Positions 1 to 9,583 of a DNA stretch of 64,000 nt are shown here, one piece after another. The notes under the pieces were generated by a model that worked only from the letters and a program-made list of their open reading frames with translations, ran no database searches and was not told the origin of the DNA. Made by a program: the position numbers and the translations under genes. Each line of letters opens with the position of its first letter. Positions within the stretch are counted from its first letter, which is position 1. Source of the stretch: Acidobacteriota bacterium (lineage in GTDB: Bacteria; Acidobacteriota; UBA6911; RPQK01; JAJDTT01); the NCBI GenBank assembly GCA_965209055.1, contig OZ242374.1, positions 5,312,001 to 5,376,000 of the forward strand, read 5' to 3'.

Positions 1-134
1 GCAAGAGACGGAGGTCGTTGTGGGTGTCGCCGAAACCGGCGGCCTCACTGCGCTAACGCATCTTCGTTTGAAAACGGCCGACCCGGAAAAGATCGACACC
101 CACTCGAGCCTACCCAAGATCCTGTGGAGGCTCA

Positions 135-320
135 ATGGGTTTCGACAAACACGACCACGGCATCGATCCATATGCTATTCGACTCATCAAATACAAAGCG
201 AGAACGTTGGTGGGAAAAGCGGGATTTACGGCATCAGATCGCGAGGATCTGGAGCAGGAGTTGATCCTCGACCTGCTACACCGACTGCCGAGATACGACC
301 GCAACCGCGCCCAGCGCAAC
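135..320 (+). pseudogene. Sigma-70/ECF-like factor of integrative-element type, N-terminal part, interrupted by IS3
   Basis: GGAGG RBS then ATG 135. 'DREDLEQELILDLLHRLPRYDRNR' resembles sigma region 2. The frame rejoins 1968..2369 once the IS and one CAAC copy are removed. Confidence 0.8.
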
Positions 321-380
321 TGGAGTTGACCCGCTTTCGTGGACACATCCAAAGTAAGGAAGTGAAAGGAGGAGTCCACG

Positions 381-695
381 ATGGCAAGAAAGCAGCGGCG
401 GTACCCGCCGGAGTTCCGCCAGGAGATCGTGGCGCTGGTGCGCTCGGGGCGATCGCCCGAGGCGCTGGCGCGGGAGTTCGAGCCCTCGGCGTCGGCGATC
501 CGCAAGTGGGTCAAGCAGGCCGATCTGGACGAGGGGCACCGTAACGACGGGTTGACGACGTTCGAGCGCCAGGAGTTGCGCCAGGCGCGGCGCGAGATCA
601 AGCGGCTGCGGATGGAGCGGGACATCTTAAAAAAAGCCGCGGCTTGGTTCGCCCGGGAGAGCGACTCGATCCCCGAAAAGGATTCAAATTCGTGA
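381..695 (+). CDS. IS3 transposase OrfA (HTH + leucine zipper)
   Basis: RRYPPEFRQEIVALV...IRKWVKQ...ERDILKKAAAWFA; strong AGGAGG RBS. Confidence 0.93.
   Translation: MARKQRRYPPEFRQEIVALVRSGRSPEALAREFEPSASAIRKWVKQADLDEGHRNDGLTTFERQELRQARREIKRLRMERDILKKAAAWFARESDSIPEKDSNS
629..636 (+). other. -1 programmed frameshift site A7G joining OrfA and OrfB
   Basis: ttAAAAAAAGcc at the LKKAA codons, the canonical IS3 position. Confidence 0.8.
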
Positions 696-1561
696 AGGCG
701 TACCGAGCCCGGTTTCCGATCCGGGTGATGTGCCGCGTTCTGGGTCTCTCCCCCAGCGGGTACTACGCTTGGCTGAAGCGGCCCCCTTCGAAGCGGGCTC
801 GCCGGGACCAGACGCTTCGGGAAACGATCGTGTGGATCTGGAACCAGAACCGGAGAGTGTACGGTCGGCCTCGTCTGCATGCCGAGCTGAGAGCTCGAGG
901 GGAACGGACGAGCCCGAAGCGCGTAGGTCGATTGATGAAGGAAGCCGGGATCCAGGGGGCGAGCCGGAGGCGCCGCAAGGCCGGGCTCACCCGGAGGGAC
1001 CGGAAGGCGCGCCCGGCACCGGACCTGGTGAACCGGAACTTCGCGGTTGAGGGACCGGATCAACTCTGGGTCGCGGACCTCACCTATGTCCGCACAAAGG
1101 CGGGCTGGTTGTACGTGGCCGTGGTTCTGGACGCTTGGAGCCGCCGGATCGTGGGGTGGGCAATGGCGACCCATCTGCGATCCGAACTGGTGGAGAAGGC
1201 GCTCGCCATGGCGGTGATCCAGCGCCAGCCCAAGCAGGTGATCCACCACTCGGACCAGGGAACGCAGTACACCTCGGCTGCCTTCGGCAAACGATGCCGG
1301 GAGGCGGGAGTGCGGCCGTCGATGGGCTCCGTCGGGGACGCCTACGACAACGCGATGTGCGAGAGCTTCTTCGCGACGCTGGAGTGCGAGTTGCTGGATC
1401 GTCACCGGTTCCGGAACCCGAGCGAGGCAAGGCGGGCCGTGTTCGACTTTATTGAGGGATTCTACAACCGGCGGCGCCGGCACTCGGCGCTGGGCTACGA
1501 GTCACCGGTCCACTACGAGCAGCAGGCGGCGGCGGACCAACGCCGTCTTCGAGCTGCCTGA
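644..1561 (+). CDS. IS3 transposase OrfB (DDE/rve integrase core)
   Basis: WVADLTY, HHSDQGTQYTS, DNAMCESFFATLECE, YNRRRRHSALGY motifs. Confidence 0.95.
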   Translation: MVRPGERLDPRKGFKFVKAYRARFPIRVMCRVLGLSPSGYYAWLKRPPSKRARRDQTLRETIVWIWNQNRRVYGRPRLHAELRARGERTSPKRVGRLMKEAGIQGASRRRRKAGLTRRDRKARPAPDLVNRNFAVEGPDQLWVADLTYVRTKAGWLYVAVVLDAWSRRIVGWAMATHLRSELVEKALAMAVIQRQPKQVIHHSDQGTQYTSAAFGKRCREAGVRPSMGSVGDAYDNAMCESFFATLECELLDRHRFRNPSEARRAVFDFIEGFYNRRRRHSALGYESPVHYEQQAAADQRRLRAA

Positions 1562-1967
1562 GAACGACGCCGGCACGGCCACCGTCGCACCCAGCGTCGC
1601 GCGCGACACGATTGAAGGGGGCAGGGGGGCGCTGCCCCCCTGAGACCCCCGGATGCAAAGAGACATAAAAAACTCTTAAATCCCTGGGAAGAGAGACCGA
1701 GGCCCCCTCGTTAAGCGGTATCCCATTGTGGAAAATCAGAGATTTCCCACAACGTGAGCCCTTTTGCTGACCCGTCCATAGGTCGCCCCTCACACGAAAG
1801 AAAGAGCGCTCTGTCCGTTGTCAATGGCCAAAACCCTGACATCCTCGATGGCCATTGACCGTCGTCGGGGGGAAGTCTTGCTCCCCACCGACAGAAGGAG
1901 TATTAAACCTAAGGACAACGTAGACCGCACCAATAAACCGTCCACGAAAACGGGACACCCTCACAAC

Positions 1968-2369
1968 ACTTTCATCGCCCGGGTAGTCGAGCACAAGATC
2001 GCCAACCTCATCAAGGCACAGAAGGCTGGCATTCGCGACTACCGGCGCTGCCGCTGTTCTCTGAACGATCGGTTCGAAGACGAAGACGGTCGCTCCGTCG
2101 AGCGGATAGATACCCTGGATCAGGAGCGCAACGGGCCGCACACTGGCACGCAATCGAGGCCCTCCGACGAACTTCGCTTTCTTGCCATCGACATGGGCTT
2201 CGTACTCGAAACCCTTCCTCCCGAACTCCGCGACCTGTGTCAGCGCCTCGTAGCGGAAACCGTCACCGAGATCTCCCGCAGCACCGGTGTGCCGCGGGGA
2301 ACGATCTACGAGTCCATCAAGAGGCTCCGGAAAATCTTCAGGGACGCCGGCCTGAAGGATTACCTGTGA
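1968..2369 (+). pseudogene. Sigma-70-like factor, C-terminal part (region 4 HTH)
   Basis: TFIARVVEHKIANL...LETLPPELRDLCQRL..TVTEISRSTGVPRGTIYESIKRLR. Confidence 0.8.
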
Positions 2370-3060
2370 CGGCTCCGACGGTCGTAAGGGCCTGCCGCCG
2401 CAGAAGCAGCGTCCGACGATAGCAGAACATCCTGAAGGTCTCGTTGAATCAAGGGTATCGCTTCATTGTGCACGACTCGCGGAAGCGGCATCTGAACTCG
2501 GACCGCCAGCACAAGAGTGTCAAAGAGTGGACCCATGGCTGTCGACGCCGGTACTGGGAATCAGTGATCCAAGAGACGAGTTCGGCGGAGACGGTCTACG
2601 AGTTTGAGACCGGGGCTCGGAAGGTGCGTCTTCCCAGGTTGGATTAGACAATGAACCTGGTGGTGGATGGACAGGTTCGGAACCCGCTGAGGCTGCTCAC
2701 GAACCGAAGGTGTCCCGGCCTCGACTCGATGACCCTCTCGTCTACAACCAGTCTATCCTGTCACCAATTGTGGCATCCGGCGGATCGTGACCGAAGTGGA
2801 TGAGCCCCCGTCGACCGAAGCCTGCGCCAAGTCCATACTGGATATGACCGTCTCCCGCCGCATCGACTGATTTTTCCTCCGACACTTTCGATCAATCCCC
2901 GGTATGTATCCCAATGATCGGACCTTCGGTCTGGCTCACAGAAACAATCCGTTGGCCGGCCGCGAGTCCGTAGCAGCATTCGCGGATCATTGCGGTGGAG
3001 CTTGGGTTCCCATGGGCTCCACAGCGTAACGCTAACGTTCAACAACGAAAGGAGACTAAC

Positions 3061-3846
3061 ATGGGATGGAGAAGACGTTTACCGTGGTCGGAGATTTTCC
3101 GAACGAACGCTTCGGATTTCGTGACCCAATACTCGACCTGGAATCCGATTCGGACCCAAACCCCTGTGGTCACGATTCCGATTTCCAGAAACCTGGCAAC
3201 TGTCGAACTAACCGACCCTGAAGACGATGTCTGGTCCATCGGCGGTGCGGTCACCGCGAAGTCCAAGGTCCCCACCTCCGGACAGTTCGACGAGAACGAT
3301 GACCAGACGGAACGGAATCTCTGGACCGCGACCTCCGACTTCTACGCGACCGAAAGGTTCAACGGAACCGGCGGCCACCACGGGATCTTCCTCCGGGTCA
3401 ACCCCAAGGTGTGGGGCGGAGAGGAAAACCAGACCCGGTTCGGCTGCTATATCAATGGCAAGAAGAAAACCAGACAGGGTTGTCTCCAACTGACCGGCGA
3501 CAGGTACAATGGGTCTGGGAAGGAGACGGAGGAACGTTTCTTCACCCTGACCGAGGACCCCTTCGAGGATCCGGACCGGAGGTGCCGGGTTCAGATTCTC
3601 GAAAAGGAGAAGAAGGTCAACGACGTCTACAAGCTCCATTGGAGGGCGGAGGTTCACCGCGAGAACTCCGACGGAACTTGGACCCGTATCGGCTACTACG
3701 ACTGGGTCAACGAGGACACGGTCAGGAACTCCTACAACGTCGACATCCCGACCCTTTCCGGGTCGAAAATCATGTTCGGCGTGGGTCCCGCGAGGGCCGG
3801 AACGGTGAAGATCGACCGCATCGCGACGAACTACTGGACGTACTAG
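3061..3846 (+). CDS. Hypothetical beta-rich protein
   Basis: AAAGGAG RBS before ATG 3061; 261-aa ORF with normal codon bias; no family recognised. Confidence 0.75.
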   Translation: MGWRRRLPWSEIFRTNASDFVTQYSTWNPIRTQTPVVTIPISRNLATVELTDPEDDVWSIGGAVTAKSKVPTSGQFDENDDQTERNLWTATSDFYATERFNGTGGHHGIFLRVNPKVWGGEENQTRFGCYINGKKKTRQGCLQLTGDRYNGSGKETEERFFTLTEDPFEDPDRRCRVQILEKEKKVNDVYKLHWRAEVHRENSDGTWTRIGYYDWVNEDTVRNSYNVDIPTLSGSKIMFGVGPARAGTVKIDRIATNYWTY

Positions 3847-4029
3847 AAACCGTCCGCTGACAGTTCGGGGGGCAGACGATGCCTGACAATGGATCTGGTG
3901 AACAATCTGGGAGTCTTCGTCCGATATGCGAAGAAACTCCAGCCAGGTCTTGCCTCTGTTCCGAAGATCGGAGAATAAGGCGAGAGTCTCTTGATCGGAT
4001 TCGGAGAACTTCTCCACATAATCCGCTAG

Positions 4030-5659
4030 CCCGGAAAATTCACAAATGAGTGGACGGGGCTGGTGTGAGAGTCGAAAGAAAGGCCATGCCTCATTGATAT
4101 AAAAGGGTTTACTAAAAATCGACCCTTCAATGAGGTGTGGCCATGTGCAAAACAGATTGCGCGCCGAGTTTGCCATTTCACCCCGACAGAAAAATCACCG
4201 CTTGTTTCGATGGTGGCCGCATCACCTCCGATGCCAGGCTGCTGCTGCTTTACGCCCTGGATCGGCAACATCGCGTCAGTGAGGGTGTCAGCGCCTGTCT
4301 GAAGGATCGAAGAGATGTCCGCTATGTGCGCCACTCCATGCGGGAGATGATCTGCCAACGTCTGCATCAGATTCTCTGCGGCTACGAGGATTGCAACGAC
4401 GCCCAGACGTTGCGGGCGGACCCGATCTTCAAGACCGTCTGTGATCGCTTGCTCGAGAGTGGTCCAGACCTGGCCGCTCAGCCCACGTTGTGTCGGCTGG
4501 AAAACGGCGTCCAGCGCTCGGAACTGATGCGTCTGGGTCGCTGGTTGTTGCAGCTGTACCTGCGTCGGCTCATGAAGCGTCGGCCCGACAGCATCGTGCT
4601 GGACCTGGACGGCACCGACGATCCCACCCATGGCCAGCAGGAGTTCTCCTTCTACCACAGCTACTATCGAAGCCACATCCTGCATCCCCTGTTGATCTTC
4701 GATGGGGAGAGCGGGGATCTGTTGGTGGTGCTGCTGCGACCGGGCAAGAAAGGCGCCGCCGCACACTCCGTGGCCGTCTTGCGGCGAGTGGTCGAGGCCA
4801 TCCGAGCGGCGTGTCCCCGGGTGAAGATCCGGGTTCGAGCCGACTGCGGCTTTGGCACGCCGGAACTGTCGAATACTGTGAACAAGCGGGGTTACGCTAC
4901 GAGATCGGCCTGATCCGAAACACGCGGCTGCAGCAGGCGGCCGAGCCTGTGCTGGAGCGCACCCGGGAGCAGTTTCAACAAGAGGGGACCCCGCAGCGAG
5001 AGTTCGATGCGTTCCTCTATCAGGCCGGAACCTGGTCCCATCCCCGCCGGGTGGTGGTGAAAGTCGAGGTCAACTCCCGCGGGATCAACCGTCGTTTCGT
5101 GGTGAGTAATCGGACCGACCCGTCACCCCGATCGCTGTACGAGGACTACATCGACCGAGGTCAGACGGAAGACTATATTAAGCCCGTCAAGCTCCACTTG
5201 AAGAGGACCGCCTCAGTTGCCATCGCTTTCTGGCCAATCAGTTCCACTTGTTGTTGCACAGTGTGGCATACCAGATGTTCCTGATGCTGCGGGATTACCT
5301 TTACGGGACCCCCTGGCAGAAGCTGGAAGTGGAGACGTTGCGTCGTCGGATGCTCAAGATCGGAGTTCGAGTTCGGGAAACGACCCGCCGCATCTGGATC
5401 CACTTGAGCTCGGCCTACCCCGAGCAGGAGATCTTCTGGCGGGTGATGGGTCGATTACATCCGACGTAGTTGCCACCAGTCGCCACAACAACCCCGTTCG
5501 CGAACTCTCAAAGGAGGACGAGTCTCCGTAAAACAGTCTCCTGGAGGTTCACCGGCCACACTGGAGCCGAGCGGAAGGCTGAATCCCAGAACCCAAGCTC
5601 TAAGACCTACGATGCCGGCGAAAATCGAGCCCCTTTGTCGAGTTTATGAATAATGGCGG
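4030..5659 (+). mobile_element. IS1380-family insertion sequence (degenerate)
   Basis: Ends cccggaaaattcacaaa and tttatgaataatggcgg (CC..ATTCA-type IR), flanked by CTAG at 4026-4029 and 5660-5663. Confidence 0.85.
4137..5469 (+). pseudogene. IS1380 transposase with two frameshifts (~4870, ~5204)
   Basis: FDGGRITSDA, GYEDCNDA, LDLDGTDDPTHGQQE and RADCGF in frame 1; EYCE...YIDRGQTEDYIK in frame 2; DRLSCHRFLANQF in frame 3. Confidence 0.9.
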
Positions 5660-5908
5660 CTAGGGTCTTCGCTTCTTCTATGTCTACTCCCGAATTTTGG
5701 GGCAGGCCATTGGGGTTCGAACCCCTGGCCAAGGTAGTTGAATCAGCTATAGATACCTATGGAATACAGTCTCGCGAAGCTCATTTCCTAACGCTAGCTG
5801 GGCAAATCCTAAGAGAATCCGTAGTGCCCATACTACTGTCTCGGGAGCCACGTTTTCCGGGAACTCCGAAAGTTCAGAACCGGTGATGTGTTTCATCTGA
5901 AAGGTTCT

Positions 5909-6646
5909 CTATCGGTCCGGTGTCGGGTAAGGACTGACGATAACCGAACGGAACCAGTCGGTGCGTTTCGAGTATTGCAACGCGGCGACGGCGATTCGTG
6001 TCTCCCCACGGATTCGGAGAACGCCCTGGATGACGCCGTTGTCCCCTGTCCTCACTCCGTCCAGGTCGACCAGTTCCGACAGGAACCGGCTGTGTTTGAC
6101 GTACGGACCCAGAACCACCTCCGAGTGGCGCCGTTGGGTCCCGTCCAGGTCCCAACGGACGAACTCGACCGACATCCGTTGGGACTCTCCCGTGGGGTTC
6201 ACGATGGACACCCCGGTCTGTCCCCCGGGTGACCTCTCCGCGAGCATCCAGAAACCGGGTCCCGGACGGAACGTCTGGACCACGAAAGGCTCCACGGACC
6301 GTGTCTCGTGACCGATTCTGACGACCGCGTGAGCCTGATCCGGGTTGTCGATGGTGACGAGAAGCCAACCATTGTCGGTGAATCTGCCGACCGCGATGTC
6401 AACGCCCCCATCGTGGTCCTGGATTTGGTCGTCCCCGTGGGGATAGGTCGCGGAGTAATTGTTGTCCCCATTCTCCCGGAACTCCCGGACCGAGACCTCG
6501 GTGTCGCCCCGTCCGTTTGAGATCAACAGGAGGGTGGAGTCCAGACCTCCGATCTGAGGGAAGATGGGCGCGATGAGCTGAGTCTCGACGTTTTCCCAGT
6601 AAAATGGAGTCTGTAGGAGGAATGATAAGAGGAACGTGAGTTTCAT
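5909..6646 (-). CDS. Secreted hypothetical protein (beta-sandwich repeats of the kind seen in Acidobacteria)
   Basis: MKLTFLLSFLLQ signal-like start; FPQI..., TGVSIVNP, SRFLSEL segments. Confidence 0.7.
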   Translation of the reverse strand: MKLTFLLSFLLQTPFYWENVETQLIAPIFPQIGGLDSTLLLISNGRGDTEVSVREFRENGDNNYSATYPHGDDQIQDHDGGVDIAVGRFTDNGWLLVTIDNPDQAHAVVRIGHETRSVEPFVVQTFRPGPGFWMLAERSPGGQTGVSIVNPTGESQRMSVEFVRWDLDGTQRRHSEVVLGPYVKHSRFLSELVDLDGVRTGDNGVIQGVLRIRGETRIAVAALQYSKRTDWFRSVIVSPYPTPDR

Positions 6647-7101
6647 GTCCCCATAATACACGCCCCGAATCAATTTACGGGACTGGCGCAGGCTGGAACT
6701 CTCCGCTACACGGTCCAAGCTGTTGTTGTCGGGATGGGAGGCTTGCCGGTTATCTCCGTCTTCTCCCCTGATCTAGTCACAGCAACTCGATCAACCGTGT
6801 TCGGATACCGTCGGAAAACCCCGTGACCTTTTGGACGAACCCGATAGGGTGTTGGACATCCACACCTATGGAGTTGCGGATAGTGACCGCCTTGGACGGG
6901 TCCTTGAACCAGAACCGACAGATTTGCTTCCTCGGGCTGAAGCCGCGGGAGGAGACGATTGGAAGTAGGAGTGCGGACGCGATCCGTCTGAACGCATGGG
7001 GTTCTGCTCGACGTTGATTGGGTAGGGTCAGAATTCAGGCGGCGTGGTGTCGACTACATCTTCGTCTCTATTTTGTGGATTGAGCCCTTTGTTCTTTGTC
7101 G

Positions 7102-7446
7102 TCATGACCTTCCGCTCGCGCGAACTTTGCTGACCACCGAGAGCAGGCCTTCCGCTGCATTTAGAACCTGGGTGACCTGTTGAAGCTTTGCCAAGGCGGT
7201 TTTCAGACCGTCGATGCCTGTGAGAAGACCCTCTTCGTTTTCTTTCAAGCCGTCACGAATGTCTGCCAGGGCCAGGTTCCCGATACGCAGCCTCGCCGCT
7301 TGGGTCTCCAAGAGCACTCTTCCGGCTCGATCAATCTCTTCCTTGGTCCTCTCCCGCAAGGCCAAATGCCATTCGGGAGACATCATTCGCACTACCGTAT
7401 TCCGCAGTTGCCGAACTGTTTCGATTCGAATCTTGAACGGCGCCAT
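7102..7446 (-). CDS. Small amphipathic all-helical hypothetical protein
   Basis: 114 aa with heptad-like pattern; starts 5 bp after the upstream lipoprotein stop. Confidence 0.75.
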   Translation of the reverse strand: MAPFKIRIETVRQLRNTVVRMMSPEWHLALRERTKEEIDRAGRVLLETQAARLRIGNLALADIRDGLKENEEGLLTGIDGLKTALAKLQQVTQVLNAAEGLLSVVSKVRASGRS

Positions 7447-7451
7447 GGGAC

Positions 7452-8447
7452 CTAATCCTCTGTACCCTCAGCAATCGCTTCCAGAAAAGCAACGAGTTCA
7501 CCCATGTCATGAACCAACGCAGCAATGTTGGGTTCACGCCCTTCCACAAGGGCCACAAAGCTCATCTTCAGGTTCTTCGCAGCATCCGCCGTCGCGGCGA
7601 CACTCGAAAGCAGCAACGTCGATGTCAGCACGGTCTTGCGATCCTCTTTCCACCCCGATGGAAGGGTGCCGCTGCCTTGGAAAGGATCGATGATCCTCTC
7701 CGTTTCCAACGATTGCAGGCGCACCAGCAGATCTGTCTCCAGATCTTCGGAAATAAAGGACATTGCGCTCTGCTGGATCTCGAGTTCTCTTTCCAGCGTC
7801 CCAACGCGTTTCTTCAACTCACTCTCCAGTTCCTTCTTCTGAAAGTTCCCGACCACGATTTCGACGACTGGACCAATAAAATCCAATACCGGCTGCCCAC
7901 CGATCTCAGCACCCCGGATGCGGCTGTTGAGGTTTCCCAACGCCTGGAATACTCCATCGGCCGATCTTCCCAGATCTCCTCGGGTCTCCCTGTCCGCCAG
8001 AGCCCCGAGCTGAATGAAGTAAGCCTTCAGCAGGTTGGCATGACGACGAAGGTCGGCCAACAGAGACAATCGCTTCTTCAGAAGAGCGTTGTGCTCGACA
8101 ATTGCCTTCTGGCGTTTCTCCGGTGTCATGTTCTGACGCAGCCGGATGAGTATGGTGCTGTCTCCGTCTATGGCTGCCGCTCCGGCTTCTTCAATGAGCA
8201 GCCCAGTGGCATCCGCATACGCAATGCCCGCCCGGGAGAACTCCCTGAACTGGTTGAGTCGTGCTGTCGCGCACGAGGTCGCGAGTAGCAAGAGAAGAGC
8301 TATTGAACTTCTTGATAGAGGACAAGATCTGAGATTGGATCGCCAACATGAAAAAATTGTCTTCTCCTGACTCGGGCTCTTGAAGCCCGGAATGTATCTC
8401 CTGCAACTCACCCGGAAAAGCATCTTCTCAGTCGCAGGCATTAACAT
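7452..8447 (-). CDS. Putative lipoprotein, long alpha-helical/coiled-coil
   Basis: IALLLLLATS-C lipobox-like segment followed by ~270 aa of helical sequence. Start is 8447 or 8441. Confidence 0.75.
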   Translation of the reverse strand: MLMPATEKMLFRVSCRRYIPGFKSPSQEKTIFSCWRSNLRSCPLSRSSIALLLLLATSCATARLNQFREFSRAGIAYADATGLLIEEAGAAAIDGDSTILIRLRQNMTPEKRQKAIVEHNALLKKRLSLLADLRRHANLLKAYFIQLGALADRETRGDLGRSADGVFQALGNLNSRIRGAEIGGQPVLDFIGPVVEIVVGNFQKKELESELKKRVGTLERELEIQQSAMSFISEDLETDLLVRLQSLETERIIDPFQGSGTLPSGWKEDRKTVLTSTLLLSSVAATADAAKNLKMSFVALVEGREPNIAALVHDMGELVAFLEAIAEGTED

Positions 8448-8522
8448 TTTCCTTCCCCCATCAACGCAGACCTTGGGAAAATCTAAACGTAGCCTTCTCT
8501 TGGATCAGCCCGACTAACGCGG

Positions 8523-9365
8523 TTACCTTCCCTTGGCCCGGGTCGCCTTATTGGCACCTGTCGCACGCAGGTGTGAGATTCTGCTCAGCAGATCGAACCA
8601 GAATGGCGCACCGAGACTGATCGCCATGACCGTCATGATCCACCCGACGATCATTCGAAAAGTGATTTTCGGGAAACCTCCCGGATAGCCGATCGGAAAC
8701 GTCCCGATCTGCTTTTCCGCGTTAATCAAGATAGCGTCTTCGTTGCTGCCCGCTTTGCCGGCCTCGGCCGCAATCACCGTGCGCAACGCATCGTTTTTCC
8801 ACAACTGCTCGGCGATATGGATCGAGTCGGCGTTGAAAGCAACCGTAACGACCATGGCGATCGCCAGCAGGAAATACTTGACCTGGCGCTTATACCAGCC
8901 GGAGACTCGGTCCATGCCGTCGTCGAACCACGCGGACAGTCGCTGCTTAGTGCCATCGACTGTGTCCTCGTCCGTTTTCACCAGGCTGAGCAGAAGATCT
9001 CGCGCGGGATTGGCACTCTCCATCTCTTTGATGGTGTCGCGGAGTTGGCAGGCGGTCAGCTCGCTTACGCTTTTCCCGGCCTTGTCCCTGGCAACGACTT
9101 CGAGAAGCGCGGCGGTGAAAATCTCAGGCTGGATATACGAGGGCAACTTGCCCGGCTTGCGCAGGCCCTTGATCAGCGGATGTTTGTAGATTGACCGTGC
9201 GTACTCGCTGCCTATGAGGTTCTTGATGCCCTTCTCAAGATTCTTGGAGCGGAGACCGAAAATACTGGCGATAATCTCCTGTATCGAGCTGCAAACCAGA
9301 CTCAGCAGCACGTAGAAAAAGATCAGTCCGATAGCGACGTCCACAATCGGGGTGTCCAGCATCAA
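8523..9365 (-). CDS. Conserved hypothetical multi-pass membrane protein (LGAPFWFDLL motif)
   Basis: TM1 VDVAIGLIFFYVLLSL; WFDDGMDRVSGWYKR; TM; C-terminal GWIMT...SLGAPFWFDLL; GAGGAG RBS. Confidence 0.85.
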   Translation of the reverse strand: MMLDTPIVDVAIGLIFFYVLLSLVCSSIQEIIASIFGLRSKNLEKGIKNLIGSEYARSIYKHPLIKGLRKPGKLPSYIQPEIFTAALLEVVARDKAGKSVSELTACQLRDTIKEMESANPARDLLLSLVKTDEDTVDGTKQRLSAWFDDGMDRVSGWYKRQVKYFLLAIAMVVTVAFNADSIHIAEQLWKNDALRTVIAAEAGKAGSNEDAILINAEKQIGTFPIGYPGGFPKITFRMIVGWIMTVMAISLGAPFWFDLLSRISHLRATGANKATRAKGR

Positions 9366-9583
9366 TCTCTCCTCTCTTTGGGTTGGTCGCTACCCTGCAT
9401 TTCTCACCACATGGAACAAGGAACGGAAAATGAACCGCTGTGTGGGCGATTCTTCATCCATATGACCTTCCCGCTGGCCCACTCCAACTGCCGGACAACT
9501 TCCATCTCCGTCGCGATCCTCCGCTTCAACCAGTCCCCCTTGGATACGCCTGTCACCGAGCCGCGACTGAGGCTTCGCCATGT

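Larger units (their letters stand above)
321..1963 (+). mobile_element. IS3-family insertion sequence, 1643 bp
   Basis: TG...CA ends. Imperfect IRs tggagttgacccgctttcgtgga (321) and tccacgaaaacgggacaccctca (1941-1963), 18/23 match. 4-bp target duplication CAAC at 317-320 and 1964-1967. Confidence 0.95.

Noticed and set aside
110-1483. 457-aa minus-strand ORF
   Set aside because: Antisense shadow of the IS3 transposase. The same applies to other long antisense ORFs (e.g. 30464-31966, 34157-35881, 26859-28076), which are expected in GC-rich DNA.
1818-1967. N-terminus of the 183-aa ORF 1818..2369
   Set aside because: It derives from the IS right end; the real gene resumes at 1968.
2444-2760. 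Short ORF fragments after the sigma-like gene
   Set aside because: No recognisable motif or RBS; possibly debris, but unsupported.
5700-5732. GGGGTTCGAACCCC resembling a tRNA T-arm
   Set aside because: No acceptor, D or anticodon arms and no correctly spaced CCA on either strand; it is only a palindrome.
9390-9581. Small ORF between the membrane-cassette genes
   Set aside because: Two competing frames, neither convincing; possibly a remnant.
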